From an uncultured bacterium (GTDB taxonomy: Bacteria; Planctomycetota; UBA1135; GCA-002686595), in assembly GCA_943787795.1 (NCBI GenBank), contig CALSNU010000002.1:758158-822157 (forward strand): DNA of 64,000 nucleotides, read 5' to 3'. Positions within the stretch are counted from its first letter, which is position 1. Every line of letters begins with the position of its first letter. The notes under the pieces were generated by a model. It had not been told where the DNA came from. It searched no databases and saw only the letters and a program-made list of their open reading frames with translations. Both the position numbers and the translations under genes were made by a program. Below, in pieces: positions 55,612 through 64,000 of the stretch.

Positions 55612-56152
55612 GAGGTCTATTCCTCTGGTTGGCAATGTCGTCCTGCCCCGAAGGAGGTCCGGGGGATTTCCAACTGGTGTCGGGCATTGAAAACTCCTCC
55701 ACCGGGGGCCTTCGGGCCGACTTCGTCTCGGGGCGATTTCTCTGCCCAAGGGTCAGCGGCGTGCGGGAGCTGACTCGACCTGGGCGGGGAGAAACCAGCC
55801 GCCCGAGGTGACGTCGCCGGTCAAGGGACGCTCAAGCCCTTGACGATTCGACGGGCCGATTCGCCGGGACCTCGGGGACGACGGCGAGAGCGGCAACGCG
55901 AGTCGCGAGCCGTCGCAGAACCCCTGTTTGGAGAGGGATTGGGCGGCTTCGGAGCCCACGCGAGGGAGAGGTCGATGCTGCCGCTGAGGCGTCGAAGGAC
56001 GGCGCATCTTGCTTCACAAAGGGGCTCATGCCTTCGCCTCGACTTCAAGAGCAATGAGCATGCGATTGACCCGCGGACCGCCCAATCCTCGCGCCGCCAC
56101 CCACGCACAGGGCGGCGGTGAATCACAACGAACTCCAAGAGGCATTCTCGAC

Positions 56153-58687
56153 ATGAAGACCCCGCACCTCGCATCTCTCCTCGTGGCCGCGCTCGCGCCA
56201 CAGGCCATCGCTCAGGACTCCTCCCCCGCCCCCTGGGACGGGTTCCTCGAGGGTATCCAGGACTCCTTCGTCGCCCGCCGCGCCGGCACTGTTGACGGCA
56301 CCGACCCCGGCGGCTTCTACCGGATCGGCAACTACCCCATCCTGGAAAACCTCGCCGCGGGGGAGTCGATCGATGAGGAGACGGTCTGCGAGATCGTCGC
56401 CGCGTCCGAGGACGGTATGACGCTGATCTACTCGGACAGCGAGATGGAGCGCCTCGGCTTCGTCGACATCACGGACCCCGCCGATCCTCACGGCATGGGC
56501 TTCGTCCAGCTCCCCGGGGAGCCGACCGCGGTCTCGGTCTCCGGTGACTACGCGCTCTGCGCGATCAACACGAGCGCCAACTTCGTCGACACCTCCGGGG
56601 ATCTCCTCGTCGTCGACATCGCCTCCCAGACCATCGTTCGCACCATGCCGCTCGGCGGCCAGCCGGACAGCGTGGCGGTCAGCCCCGACGGGCAGTTCTG
56701 CGCCATCGCCATCGAGAACGAGCGAGATGAGGACGACCCCGCGACCGGCGGAGCGCCCCCGCAGCTGCCCGCTGGCTACCTCGTCATCATCGACCTGATC
56801 GGGCACGACCCGAACAACTGGACGCTCCGGACGGTCGACATGACCGGGATCGCGGACCTCTACCCCGAGGACCCCGAGCCCGAGTTCGTCGACATCAGCG
56901 CCCTGAACATCTGCGCCGTGACCCTGCAGGAGAACAACCACATCGTGCTGGTGGAGCTCCACTCGGGCGCGGTCGTGTGGGACTTCTCGTGCGGGACGGT
57001 GGACCTCGTCGACATCGACACCAACGAGAACGGTCTCATCGAGCAGAACACCTCCCTGAGCGCCGTGCCGCGTGAGCCGGACGCCATCACCTGGATCTCG
57101 CCCTTCACCCTCGCGACGGCGGACGAGGGCGACCTCAACGGCGGGAGCCGCGGCTTCACCGTCTGGTCCATCTTCGGTCGGACCGAGATCGAGACCGGTA
57201 ACTTCCTCGAGCACATGACCGCGGCCCTCGGCCATTACCCCGAGGAGCGCTCGGAGAACAAGGGCAACGAGCCCGAGGGCGTCGAGTACGCATCCTACGG
57301 CGGCTTCGACTTTCTCTTCGTCGGTTCGGAGCGCGCTGGCTTGGTGTCGGCCTACCTCCTCGATCGCTCGAGCGCCTCGGGGCTCGGCCTCGGGATGGAA
57401 CTCTGGGACGTGATGCCCGCTGGCGTGGGTCCGGAGGGCCTGCTGGCCATCCCGTCCCGTGACCTCTTCATCGTCGCCAACGAGAAGGACGACCGCGGGG
57501 ACAAGCTCCGTTCGTCGCTCATGATCTACGAGTACGGCTTCGCGGACGCTGACTCGGCCCTCTATCCGCAGTTCGGTGACGCGACCTGGGACCCGACGAC
57601 CGGCGGCGCACCGCTGGCCTCCATCGGGGCTCTCTCTGGCATGACCGCGTCGCCCTTCGCCCCTGGCGGAGATGAGGCGGTCTTCGGTGTGCACGACAGC
57701 TTCTACGGCCGCTCGAGCGTCTACTTCGGTGGGCCCTTCATCCAGAACAACGTCTCCGTCGCCTACGGCCTCGGCGGCGTCTGGCCGATCGAGGACACCT
57801 ACGGCCGACTCGAGAACGCGCTGCAGCGCGTGAAGTTCGCGCTGCCGAACACGCCCGAGTTCCAGATCGGCGACATCATCAATGCAGACGGAACGGTGAA
57901 CCTCGACCTCGAGGGCATCGGCGCGACCGTCGACGGCAGCGGTGATCCGGTCTTCTACGTCGTGTCCGAGGGGACCGGCAACCTCTCCGGCGGCGTGAGC
58001 GATCCCAACGATCGGCCCTTCGAGCGCCCGAACGTCATCCTCGAGCTGAAGATCGCGTCGACGCCCCTCGGCGGCGGCGGCGGTCCGATCAACGCCACGC
58101 TGGAGATCACCCGGGTGATCAGCCTCCCCTTCGCGCTGCTCGCGGAGCAGCTCCGCTTCGGTCTCGAGGGCGTGTGCGTCGGCAACGACGGAGCCCTCTA
58201 CGTCTGCTTCCAGCGGGCGTGGCAGGGCTTCGGTGACCCCGCTGACCGCGCACGGATCGGCCGGTTCGACCTCTCGACGGGCCAGTGGGGCTTCGCCTAC
58301 TACCCCCTCGAGGCGCCCGCGTCCGCGAACGGCGGCTGGGTGGGCCTCTCCGAGATTGCCAACGTCGGAGACGGCCGCCTCGCGGTCATCGAGCGTGACA
58401 ACCAGGGCAACGTGGACGCCGCGATCAAGCGAATCTACTCCTTCGACCCCGCCTCGGTGACCTTCACGGCTGACCCGTCGGTGACGCCGCACACGCTGGC
58501 GAAGACCATGGAGTTCGACGTGCTCACCTCTGGCCTCTTCGAGGCCGTCAGCGTGCCCCCGCTCGAGAAGCTCGAGAGCATGGTCATCGCGCCGAACGGC
58601 GACGTCTGGATCGCCAACGACAACGATGGTGTGGACGACAACAGCGGTGAGACCTGTGTCTTCCCGATCTACGGGCTCTTCGACTGA
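56153..58687 (+). CDS. Secreted alkaline-phosphatase/phytase-like tandem beta-propeller (choice-of-anchor-I-like + esterase-like phytase domain)
   Basis: Signal peptide; GQPDSVA, AIENE, DPEPE, LQENN, REPD, TADEGD, RSENKGNEPEG, GPEG; C-terminal LDLEG, IERDN, EKLE, NDNDG. Confidence 0.82.
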   Translation: MKTPHLASLLVAALAPQAIAQDSSPAPWDGFLEGIQDSFVARRAGTVDGTDPGGFYRIGNYPILENLAAGESIDEETVCEIVAASEDGMTLIYSDSEMERLGFVDITDPADPHGMGFVQLPGEPTAVSVSGDYALCAINTSANFVDTSGDLLVVDIASQTIVRTMPLGGQPDSVAVSPDGQFCAIAIENERDEDDPATGGAPPQLPAGYLVIIDLIGHDPNNWTLRTVDMTGIADLYPEDPEPEFVDISALNICAVTLQENNHIVLVELHSGAVVWDFSCGTVDLVDIDTNENGLIEQNTSLSAVPREPDAITWISPFTLATADEGDLNGGSRGFTVWSIFGRTEIETGNFLEHMTAALGHYPEERSENKGNEPEGVEYASYGGFDFLFVGSERAGLVSAYLLDRSSASGLGLGMELWDVMPAGVGPEGLLAIPSRDLFIVANEKDDRGDKLRSSLMIYEYGFADADSALYPQFGDATWDPTTGGAPLASIGALSGMTASPFAPGGDEAVFGVHDSFYGRSSVYFGGPFIQNNVSVAYGLGGVWPIEDTYGRLENALQRVKFALPNTPEFQIGDIINADGTVNLDLEGIGATVDGSGDPVFYVVSEGTGNLSGGVSDPNDRPFERPNVILELKIASTPLGGGGGPINATLEITRVISLPFALLAEQLRFGLEGVCVGNDGALYVCFQRAWQGFGDPADRARIGRFDLSTGQWGFAYYPLEAPASANGGWVGLSEIANVGDGRLAVIERDNQGNVDAAIKRIYSFDPASVTFTADPSVTPHTLAKTMEFDVLTSGLFEAVSVPPLEKLESMVIAPNGDVWIANDNDGVDDNSGETCVFPIYGLFD

Positions 58688-58713
58688 GCTGCCCCCCGCC
58701 CAGGGATAGGAAG

Positions 58714-58742
58714 GGGACCCTCCGGCTGTAGTGGAGGGTCCC
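58714..58742 (+). terminator. Hairpin downstream of the phosphatase-like gene
   Basis: GGGACCCTCC-9nt-GGAGGGTCCC perfect 10-bp stem. Confidence 0.5.
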
Positions 58743-58953
58743 GAGTGCTTTGCGCCGCGCCCGCTTCCGTAGGAGGGGGCGCGGCGCCCCCATGTGGCTC
58801 CGATGGAGACTCGGGGTGCGACGACATGGGGGCATGGCCCCCGGGAGCACTCCCAGGGCGTTGGAGCGCCTTGGAGGGGGTTGCAGGGCTGAGATGCTGA
58901 GGGACAATAGGGGAGGTGCCGGAGGACCCAAGAGACCCGGCGCCCCACGTTCC

Positions 58954-61125
58954 ATGATTCGATCGCTTCCCATCATCGTCGGTCTCGCCCTCGCGGCGCC
59001 CGCGAACCCAGCCCTGGGCCAGAACGCGCGCGCGGTCCCCATGGCGCGCACGCGGGCTGCGACGCCTGCGGGCCCTTCGACCTTCGTCCAGCAGCTGTTC
59101 GTGGTCTCCAACTGGCACGCGGAGCTGCGGGTGGTGCTCACCGAGCAGATCGGGACCGGCGCGGACCTCTACCTCCGCAAGGGCGCACCTCCGACGCTCA
59201 CCGACTGGGACGCGCGTTCCCGGACGAGCGGCACCTCGAACGAGGTCATCGTCCTCGACGCCGGCTCGGTCCCCGCCCTTGAGTCGGGTATCTGGTACGT
59301 CGGCGTTCACAGGCCTGCGGGCACGGTCTACGACCTGGGCATCGAGCGCGGGTCCAAGGCCTCATCGCGGCCGGGCATGGGAGCGATGCCCTACGCCGAG
59401 GGGACCACCTTCCGCGTCTGGGCGCCGGACGCCGACGCGGTGCACGTCGCAGGACCGTTCAACGCGTGGTCACCCAGCTCAGCGCCGCTCACGGCGGAGG
59501 GGGACGGGAACTGGTCGCTGGACGTCCGGGGACTCGGGCCCGGGGACCGCTACAAGTACGTGGTCGACACGGGAACACAGCTCAACTGGCGCGCCGACCC
59601 GCGCTCGCGGGAGGTCACGAACAGCGTCGGGGACAGCGTGATCGTGGATCCCGATGCCTTCGCGTGGACCGGGCAGTTCTTCACGCCTCAGTGGAATGAC
59701 ACCGTGCACTACGAGCTGCACATCGGGACGTTCAACGATCTGCCCGGCGGAGCGCCGGGGTCGTTTGGCTCCGCGCTGCAGCGCCTCGACCACCTCCAGA
59801 GCCTCGGCGTGAACATGATCGCGCTCATGCCCATCAACGAGTTCCCCGGGGAGTTCTCCTGGGGCTACAACCCGGCGCACCCCTTCGCGCCCGAGACCGC
59901 CTACGGGGACGTCGAGGACGTGAAGCGCTTCGTCCAGGCGGCCCACGACCGGGGGATCGGGGTGACCCTCGACGTGCTCTACAACCACCTGGGGCCCAAC
60001 GACATCCCGCACTGGCAGTTCGACGGATCGTTCCCGGGTCGAAGCGGCGGCAACTATTTCTACGACGACTTCAACGCCCAGACGCCCTGGGGCAACACGC
60101 GCCCCGACTATGGCCGCGGCGAGGTCCGTCAGTACATCCGCGACAACGCGCTGATGTGGCTCGAGGAGTTCCGCATGGACGGGCTCCGCTTCGACGCGAC
60201 GGCGTACATCCGCGAGGGCCCGGGCGGGGACCTGCCGGACGGCTGGTCCCTGATGCAGTGGATCAACAACGAGATCGACGCGGTGCAGCCCTGGAAGCTC
60301 ATCATCGCCGAGGACATGCGGCTCAACGAGTGGGTCACCAAGACCACCGGCGCGGGCGGGGCGGGCTTCGACTCCCAGTGGGACGCTGGCTTCGTCCACC
60401 CGATCCGGGCGGCCGTCATCACCCCGAACGACGCGGACCGTGATATGTGGTCCGTGCGCGACGTGCTCTACGCCCGCTACAACTCGGACGCCTTCGAGCG
60501 GGTCGTCTACACCGAGTCCCACGACGAAGTGGCGAACGGACGCTCGCGGGTCCCCGAGGAGATCTGGCCGGGCAACGCCTCGAGCTGGTATTCGAAGAAG
60601 CGCTCCACGCTCGGCGCGGCGATCGTGATGACGGCGCCGGGGATCCCCATGCTCTTTCAGGGCCAGGAGCTCCTGGAGGACGGGTTCTTCACCGACACCG
60701 ATCCGATCGATTGGTCGAGGGCGGTGACCTTCGGCGGGATCCGCGACCTGTACCGCGACCTGATCTCCATGCGCCGCAACCTCGGCGGCTTCTCCCAGGG
60801 CCTGCGCGGTCAGCACATCAACGTCCACCACGTGAACAACGGCGCCAAGGCCATCGCCTATCACCGCTGGGACGCTGGCGGCCCAGGCGATGACGTGATC
60901 GTCTTCGCTAACTTCGGGGTGTCGAGCTACCCGAGCTATCGGGTGGGTGTTCCGAGGCCCGGCTGGTGGCACCTGCGCTTCAACAGCGACGCCTCGATCT
61001 ACGACCCCGCGTTCGGCAATCATCCCTCCGGTGGAGTTCAGGCCGAGCCCATTCCCTACGACGGGATGCCCTACAGCCTGAACCTCTCGGTGGGGCCCTA
61101 CACGGCGTTGGTCTTCTCGCAGTGA
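58954..61125 (+). CDS. Secreted GH13 alpha-amylase/branching-enzyme-like protein with PPC-like and CBM48 domains
   Basis: Signal peptide; GADLYLR.G..PT...WD.R (PPC-like); TFRVWAP; YELHIG, WGYNP, DVLYNH, DGLRFDA, IAED, ESHDE catalytic regions. Confidence 0.9.
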   Translation: MIRSLPIIVGLALAAPANPALGQNARAVPMARTRAATPAGPSTFVQQLFVVSNWHAELRVVLTEQIGTGADLYLRKGAPPTLTDWDARSRTSGTSNEVIVLDAGSVPALESGIWYVGVHRPAGTVYDLGIERGSKASSRPGMGAMPYAEGTTFRVWAPDADAVHVAGPFNAWSPSSAPLTAEGDGNWSLDVRGLGPGDRYKYVVDTGTQLNWRADPRSREVTNSVGDSVIVDPDAFAWTGQFFTPQWNDTVHYELHIGTFNDLPGGAPGSFGSALQRLDHLQSLGVNMIALMPINEFPGEFSWGYNPAHPFAPETAYGDVEDVKRFVQAAHDRGIGVTLDVLYNHLGPNDIPHWQFDGSFPGRSGGNYFYDDFNAQTPWGNTRPDYGRGEVRQYIRDNALMWLEEFRMDGLRFDATAYIREGPGGDLPDGWSLMQWINNEIDAVQPWKLIIAEDMRLNEWVTKTTGAGGAGFDSQWDAGFVHPIRAAVITPNDADRDMWSVRDVLYARYNSDAFERVVYTESHDEVANGRSRVPEEIWPGNASSWYSKKRSTLGAAIVMTAPGIPMLFQGQELLEDGFFTDTDPIDWSRAVTFGGIRDLYRDLISMRRNLGGFSQGLRGQHINVHHVNNGAKAIAYHRWDAGGPGDDVIVFANFGVSSYPSYRVGVPRPGWWHLRFNSDASIYDPAFGNHPSGGVQAEPIPYDGMPYSLNLSVGPYTALVFSQ

Positions 61126-61198
61126 TGCTGCCCCCGTGCCGGGGCCTCCCGCGCTCAAGCGGCCCGCCTGGCCGGGATCCCTCTCTTCCTCCCCTCCC

Positions 61199-62398
61199 AT
61201 GTTCAAGCCCCTCCCCGTCGCCCTCGCGCTCCTCAGCGCCCTGGGGCTCCTGTCGCCCGCGAGCTCGCAGGTGACCGTGATCTCCTCGGAGACCTTCGAG
61301 TACCCCGCGCCGGGGCCCTTCTTCCAGCAGACCGGCGGCCTGGGCTGGGAGAACCCCTGGTGGGTGAGCGGCGCGGCGAACGATGACCTCGCGGTCTTCG
61401 ACGGAACCGCGACGCCTCCGTTCGCGTTGAGCGACAACGTCGGGGGGTACGCGGGCCAGGTGAACCCCTTCGGCGAGGCCTACCGCAAGCCCGATACGCT
61501 GCCCCACCCCGACGTGGCGGCGGGGGGCCTGTTCGGCATCGACGACACGACGATCTGGTTCTCCTTCAGCCTGGCCAGCTTCTCGGGTCAGCCGGTGGAG
61601 CACTTTGGCGGCTTCGCGCTGATCGAGCAGGGGACGGGTGAGCAGCTCTTCATCGGCTCGCCGTGGAACACGAACGAGTGGGGGATCGATGACGAGGGGC
61701 CGGCGGGGCCGGGCCCCGTGACCATCGCCGGCACGGACGACGCGGTCCCGGCGCGGTTGGTCGCGCGCCTCGACTTTCTGCCCGGGATGGAGCGCCTGCG
61801 GCTCTACGTCGACCCGGCGACGGACTATCCCACCGGGACGGCGGACCTGGACGAGATGATCCACGACATGTTCTTCAACGAGATCCGAATCTCGTCGGGG
61901 GGGAACAACGATGACCGCTTCTACTTCGATCACCTCGTGATCTCGAAGGGCGACCCCGCCGCGGGGGTGGGGACGAGCTACTGCGGGCCGGGCGCGGCAA
62001 ACTCCACCGGAGGGTCAGGTTCGATCATCGGGCTTGGCTCCCCGTCGGTGAGCGCGAACCAGCTCTCGCTCGAGGCCGCTGGCCTGCCGGCGATGTCCTT
62101 CGGGTTCTTCCTCACCAGCCAGTCCCAGGCGCTCGTGACGATGCCAGGTGGGTCCCAGGGTGATCTATGCCTCGGCGGCGCCATCGGGCGCTTCGTCGGC
62201 CCCGGGCAGATCCTCAACTCCGGTGCGGCGGGGAGCTTCACGCTCCCCGTGGACCTGACCCAGATCCCACAGCCCACCGGGCTCGTGGCGGGCGCGGTCG
62301 GCGAGGTCTGGAACTTTCAGGCCTGGCATCGTGATTCCGTTGGGGGCAGCGCCACCTCCAACTTCACGGACGGCGTGGAGATCACCCTGACGCTCTGA
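61199..62398 (+). CDS. Secreted hypothetical protein with the conserved two-Cys C-terminal domain
   Basis: Signal peptide; lectin-like beta-rich N-domain (ETFEY...GW..PW); C-terminal domain homologous to that of 229..2901. Confidence 0.8.
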   Translation: MFKPLPVALALLSALGLLSPASSQVTVISSETFEYPAPGPFFQQTGGLGWENPWWVSGAANDDLAVFDGTATPPFALSDNVGGYAGQVNPFGEAYRKPDTLPHPDVAAGGLFGIDDTTIWFSFSLASFSGQPVEHFGGFALIEQGTGEQLFIGSPWNTNEWGIDDEGPAGPGPVTIAGTDDAVPARLVARLDFLPGMERLRLYVDPATDYPTGTADLDEMIHDMFFNEIRISSGGNNDDRFYFDHLVISKGDPAAGVGTSYCGPGAANSTGGSGSIIGLGSPSVSANQLSLEAAGLPAMSFGFFLTSQSQALVTMPGGSQGDLCLGGAIGRFVGPGQILNSGAAGSFTLPVDLTQIPQPTGLVAGAVGEVWNFQAWHRDSVGGSATSNFTDGVEITLTL

Positions 62399-62550
62399 TC
62401 CCCGAGGGGCGGCGGAGTCACGGCGCTAGAGCCGGCGCGCTCAAGTCGTGGCGCCGGCGGCCCCTCCTCTCGGCCGCCGGTGGAGCCCCATTGGGATGGT
62501 TCGGGCGATGGGGGTTGCGGCGCGGGTGCAAAGCGCCATCCTCTGGCCCG

Positions 62551-63333
62551 ATGCGAAGCAGGACCAAGAGAGACCGCTGGCGAGAGAACCAGGACATGGA
62601 GCGGGTCCACGAGCCGGACCTCGCCGAGGTCGCGGCCGGAGCGAGCTACCTGCGCGGTGAGTGGTGCGAGCAGGTCTTCGCACAGGACGCGCCTCTGACG
62701 CTCGAGCTCGGCTGTGGGCAGGGCATGTTCGCGGCCGAGCTCGCGCGCCGCTTCCCCTCCACCAACGTCGTCGGCGTGGACCTCAAGGGGCACCGCTTCT
62801 GGCGCGGCGCCAAGGCCGTTCACGTGGGAGGGCTGCTCAACGCAGCGTTCTTGCGCGCCCGCATCCAGTGGCTGGATCACTTCTTCGGGCCCGGGGAAGT
62901 GGGCGAGGTCTGGCTGACGTTCTCCGACCCGCAGAACGGCGACAAGCGCGGGACCAAGCGGCTCACCTCACCGCACTACCTGCGGCTGTATCAGAGCATG
63001 CTGCGGGAGGATGGGGTCGTGCACGTGAAGACGGACAGCCCCGAGTTCTTCGCGAACACGCTCCGGGATGGGCCCCTAGCAGGGATGGTCGTGGAGGACA
63101 GCTGCGACGATGTGCACGGTGCGGAACCCGAGAGGTTTGACCCGGTGCTCACCGACCTGCTCGCCTTCAAGACCGCTTACGAGGAGCGCTGGATTCAGGA
63201 GGGGCGCTCTGTGCACTACGTGAGGCTGCGACGGCAGGCCGCGGTCGACGACGAGCAGCTCGCCAGGGCGAAGCGAATGCTCCAGGGGCCGCCGGGCGGG
63301 GCGCGGCCGCGCTTCACGCGGCCGGCCAGGTAG
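62551..63333 (+). CDS. trmB: tRNA (guanine-N7)-methyltransferase
   Basis: LELGCGQG, GVDLKG.R, EVWLTFSDPQ, KRLT, VKTD, KTAYE.RW. Confidence 0.9.
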   Translation: MRSRTKRDRWRENQDMERVHEPDLAEVAAGASYLRGEWCEQVFAQDAPLTLELGCGQGMFAAELARRFPSTNVVGVDLKGHRFWRGAKAVHVGGLLNAAFLRARIQWLDHFFGPGEVGEVWLTFSDPQNGDKRGTKRLTSPHYLRLYQSMLREDGVVHVKTDSPEFFANTLRDGPLAGMVVEDSCDDVHGAEPERFDPVLTDLLAFKTAYEERWIQEGRSVHYVRLRRQAAVDDEQLARAKRMLQGPPGGARPRFTRPAR

Positions 63334-63802
63334 CGGGCGCCGGAGCCCTGCCGTCGCTCGTGGCCGGTCCGCGAGGCCGGCGGGGGAAGGCGGCGGGCGC
63401 AGAGAGCGGGCAATCTCGGCGGGCAAACCCGCCGGGCAAACTCGGCGGGCGAGGACCTGGCGAGATGCGTTGGATCTGTATCCGGCGTGTGGGCTGTGCG
63501 TAAGGCCTCGGGCTCCTCGCGAGGAGGCGCGAATAAACGCGTGGATTCCTACGTACAGGGGGGCCCGCCATCCGAAGCAAGGCGTGGCCAACGGCGGCCT
63601 CCATTCACGCGGCGTTCGGCGGCCAGCCTCCGTGGTGCATAGACACCGCGATGGCCCCTCGCGTGGCCCGGCCACGCTGCATTCGCGTCTCTCCCAGGAG
63701 GGCGCACGCGGCCTTCCGCCGCAGCCGTGCGACCAAGTTCACCCTCGGGGTCGTCCGTTTGACCGGGCCCCGTAATGCCCGACCTCCCGCGACCTCGAGA
63801 CC

Positions 63803-64000
63803 ATGCGACCGTACCTCATCTCCTTCCTGGCTCTGGCCTCGATCATGACCCCCGCTGCGACTGTTGCGACTGCTGCGGCCGCCGCGCCGGGCGGTGACGG
63901 ACTTGAGGTATCGATGCGAGGGAAGTCCTTCGGGATGGATGAGCTCACCGCAGAGCTCCCCGCTGGCCAGGCCACCGGGGTCATGGACCAGCTCGACCTC
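63803..64000 (+). CDS. Secreted hypothetical protein, 3' truncated
   Basis: Open frame MRPYLISFLALASIMTPAATVATAAAAAPGG... runs to the window end. Confidence 0.6.
   Translation, partial: MRPYLISFLALASIMTPAATVATAAAAAPGGDGLEVSMRGKSFGMDELTAELPAGQATGVMDQLDL

Noticed and set aside
63418..63460. GGGCAAACC...stem resembling the 5' part of a c-di-GMP-I riboswitch
   Set aside because: The downstream GACGCAAAG and second stem are missing; only a generic hairpin is supported.

Overview
High-GC bacterial chromosomal window, densely coding (about 45 CDS), with no rRNA, tRNA, CRISPR array or IS element visible. The gene inventory (sulfatase plus FGE, PQQ-like and FG-GAP propellers, carboxypeptidase-regulatory-like repeat protein, many signal-peptide and lipoprotein ORFs) suggests a planctomycete or PVC organism; this is an inference. 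Recognisable genes: dnaE2 and, about 44 kb away, imuB-imuA (split SOS mutagenesis cassette); a sugar ABC transporter-galM-SDR-Kef operon; two MscS channels; a K+ channel; a ClsC-like phospholipase D; a 2000-aa DUF4011/SF1 helicase/Vsr-like nuclease (Hhe-type defence protein); YbaK; a secreted GH13; a phosphatase/phytase-like propeller; and trmB. Main observations: (1) a 17-bp motif, CCTAACAAAA(A/C)CCTACC (CCTA-N7-CCTA), lies exactly 8 nt upstream of both dnaE2 and imuA and is a candidate undescribed SOS/DNA-damage operator. (2) A conserved ~140-aa two-Cys C-terminal domain is shared by unrelated secreted proteins and is a candidate protein-sorting or anchoring tag. (3) Many genes have a TANNNT hexamer 6-8 nt before the start codon, which suggests leaderless transcription. 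(4) Two probable single-base frameshifts and many short tandem repeats are present.
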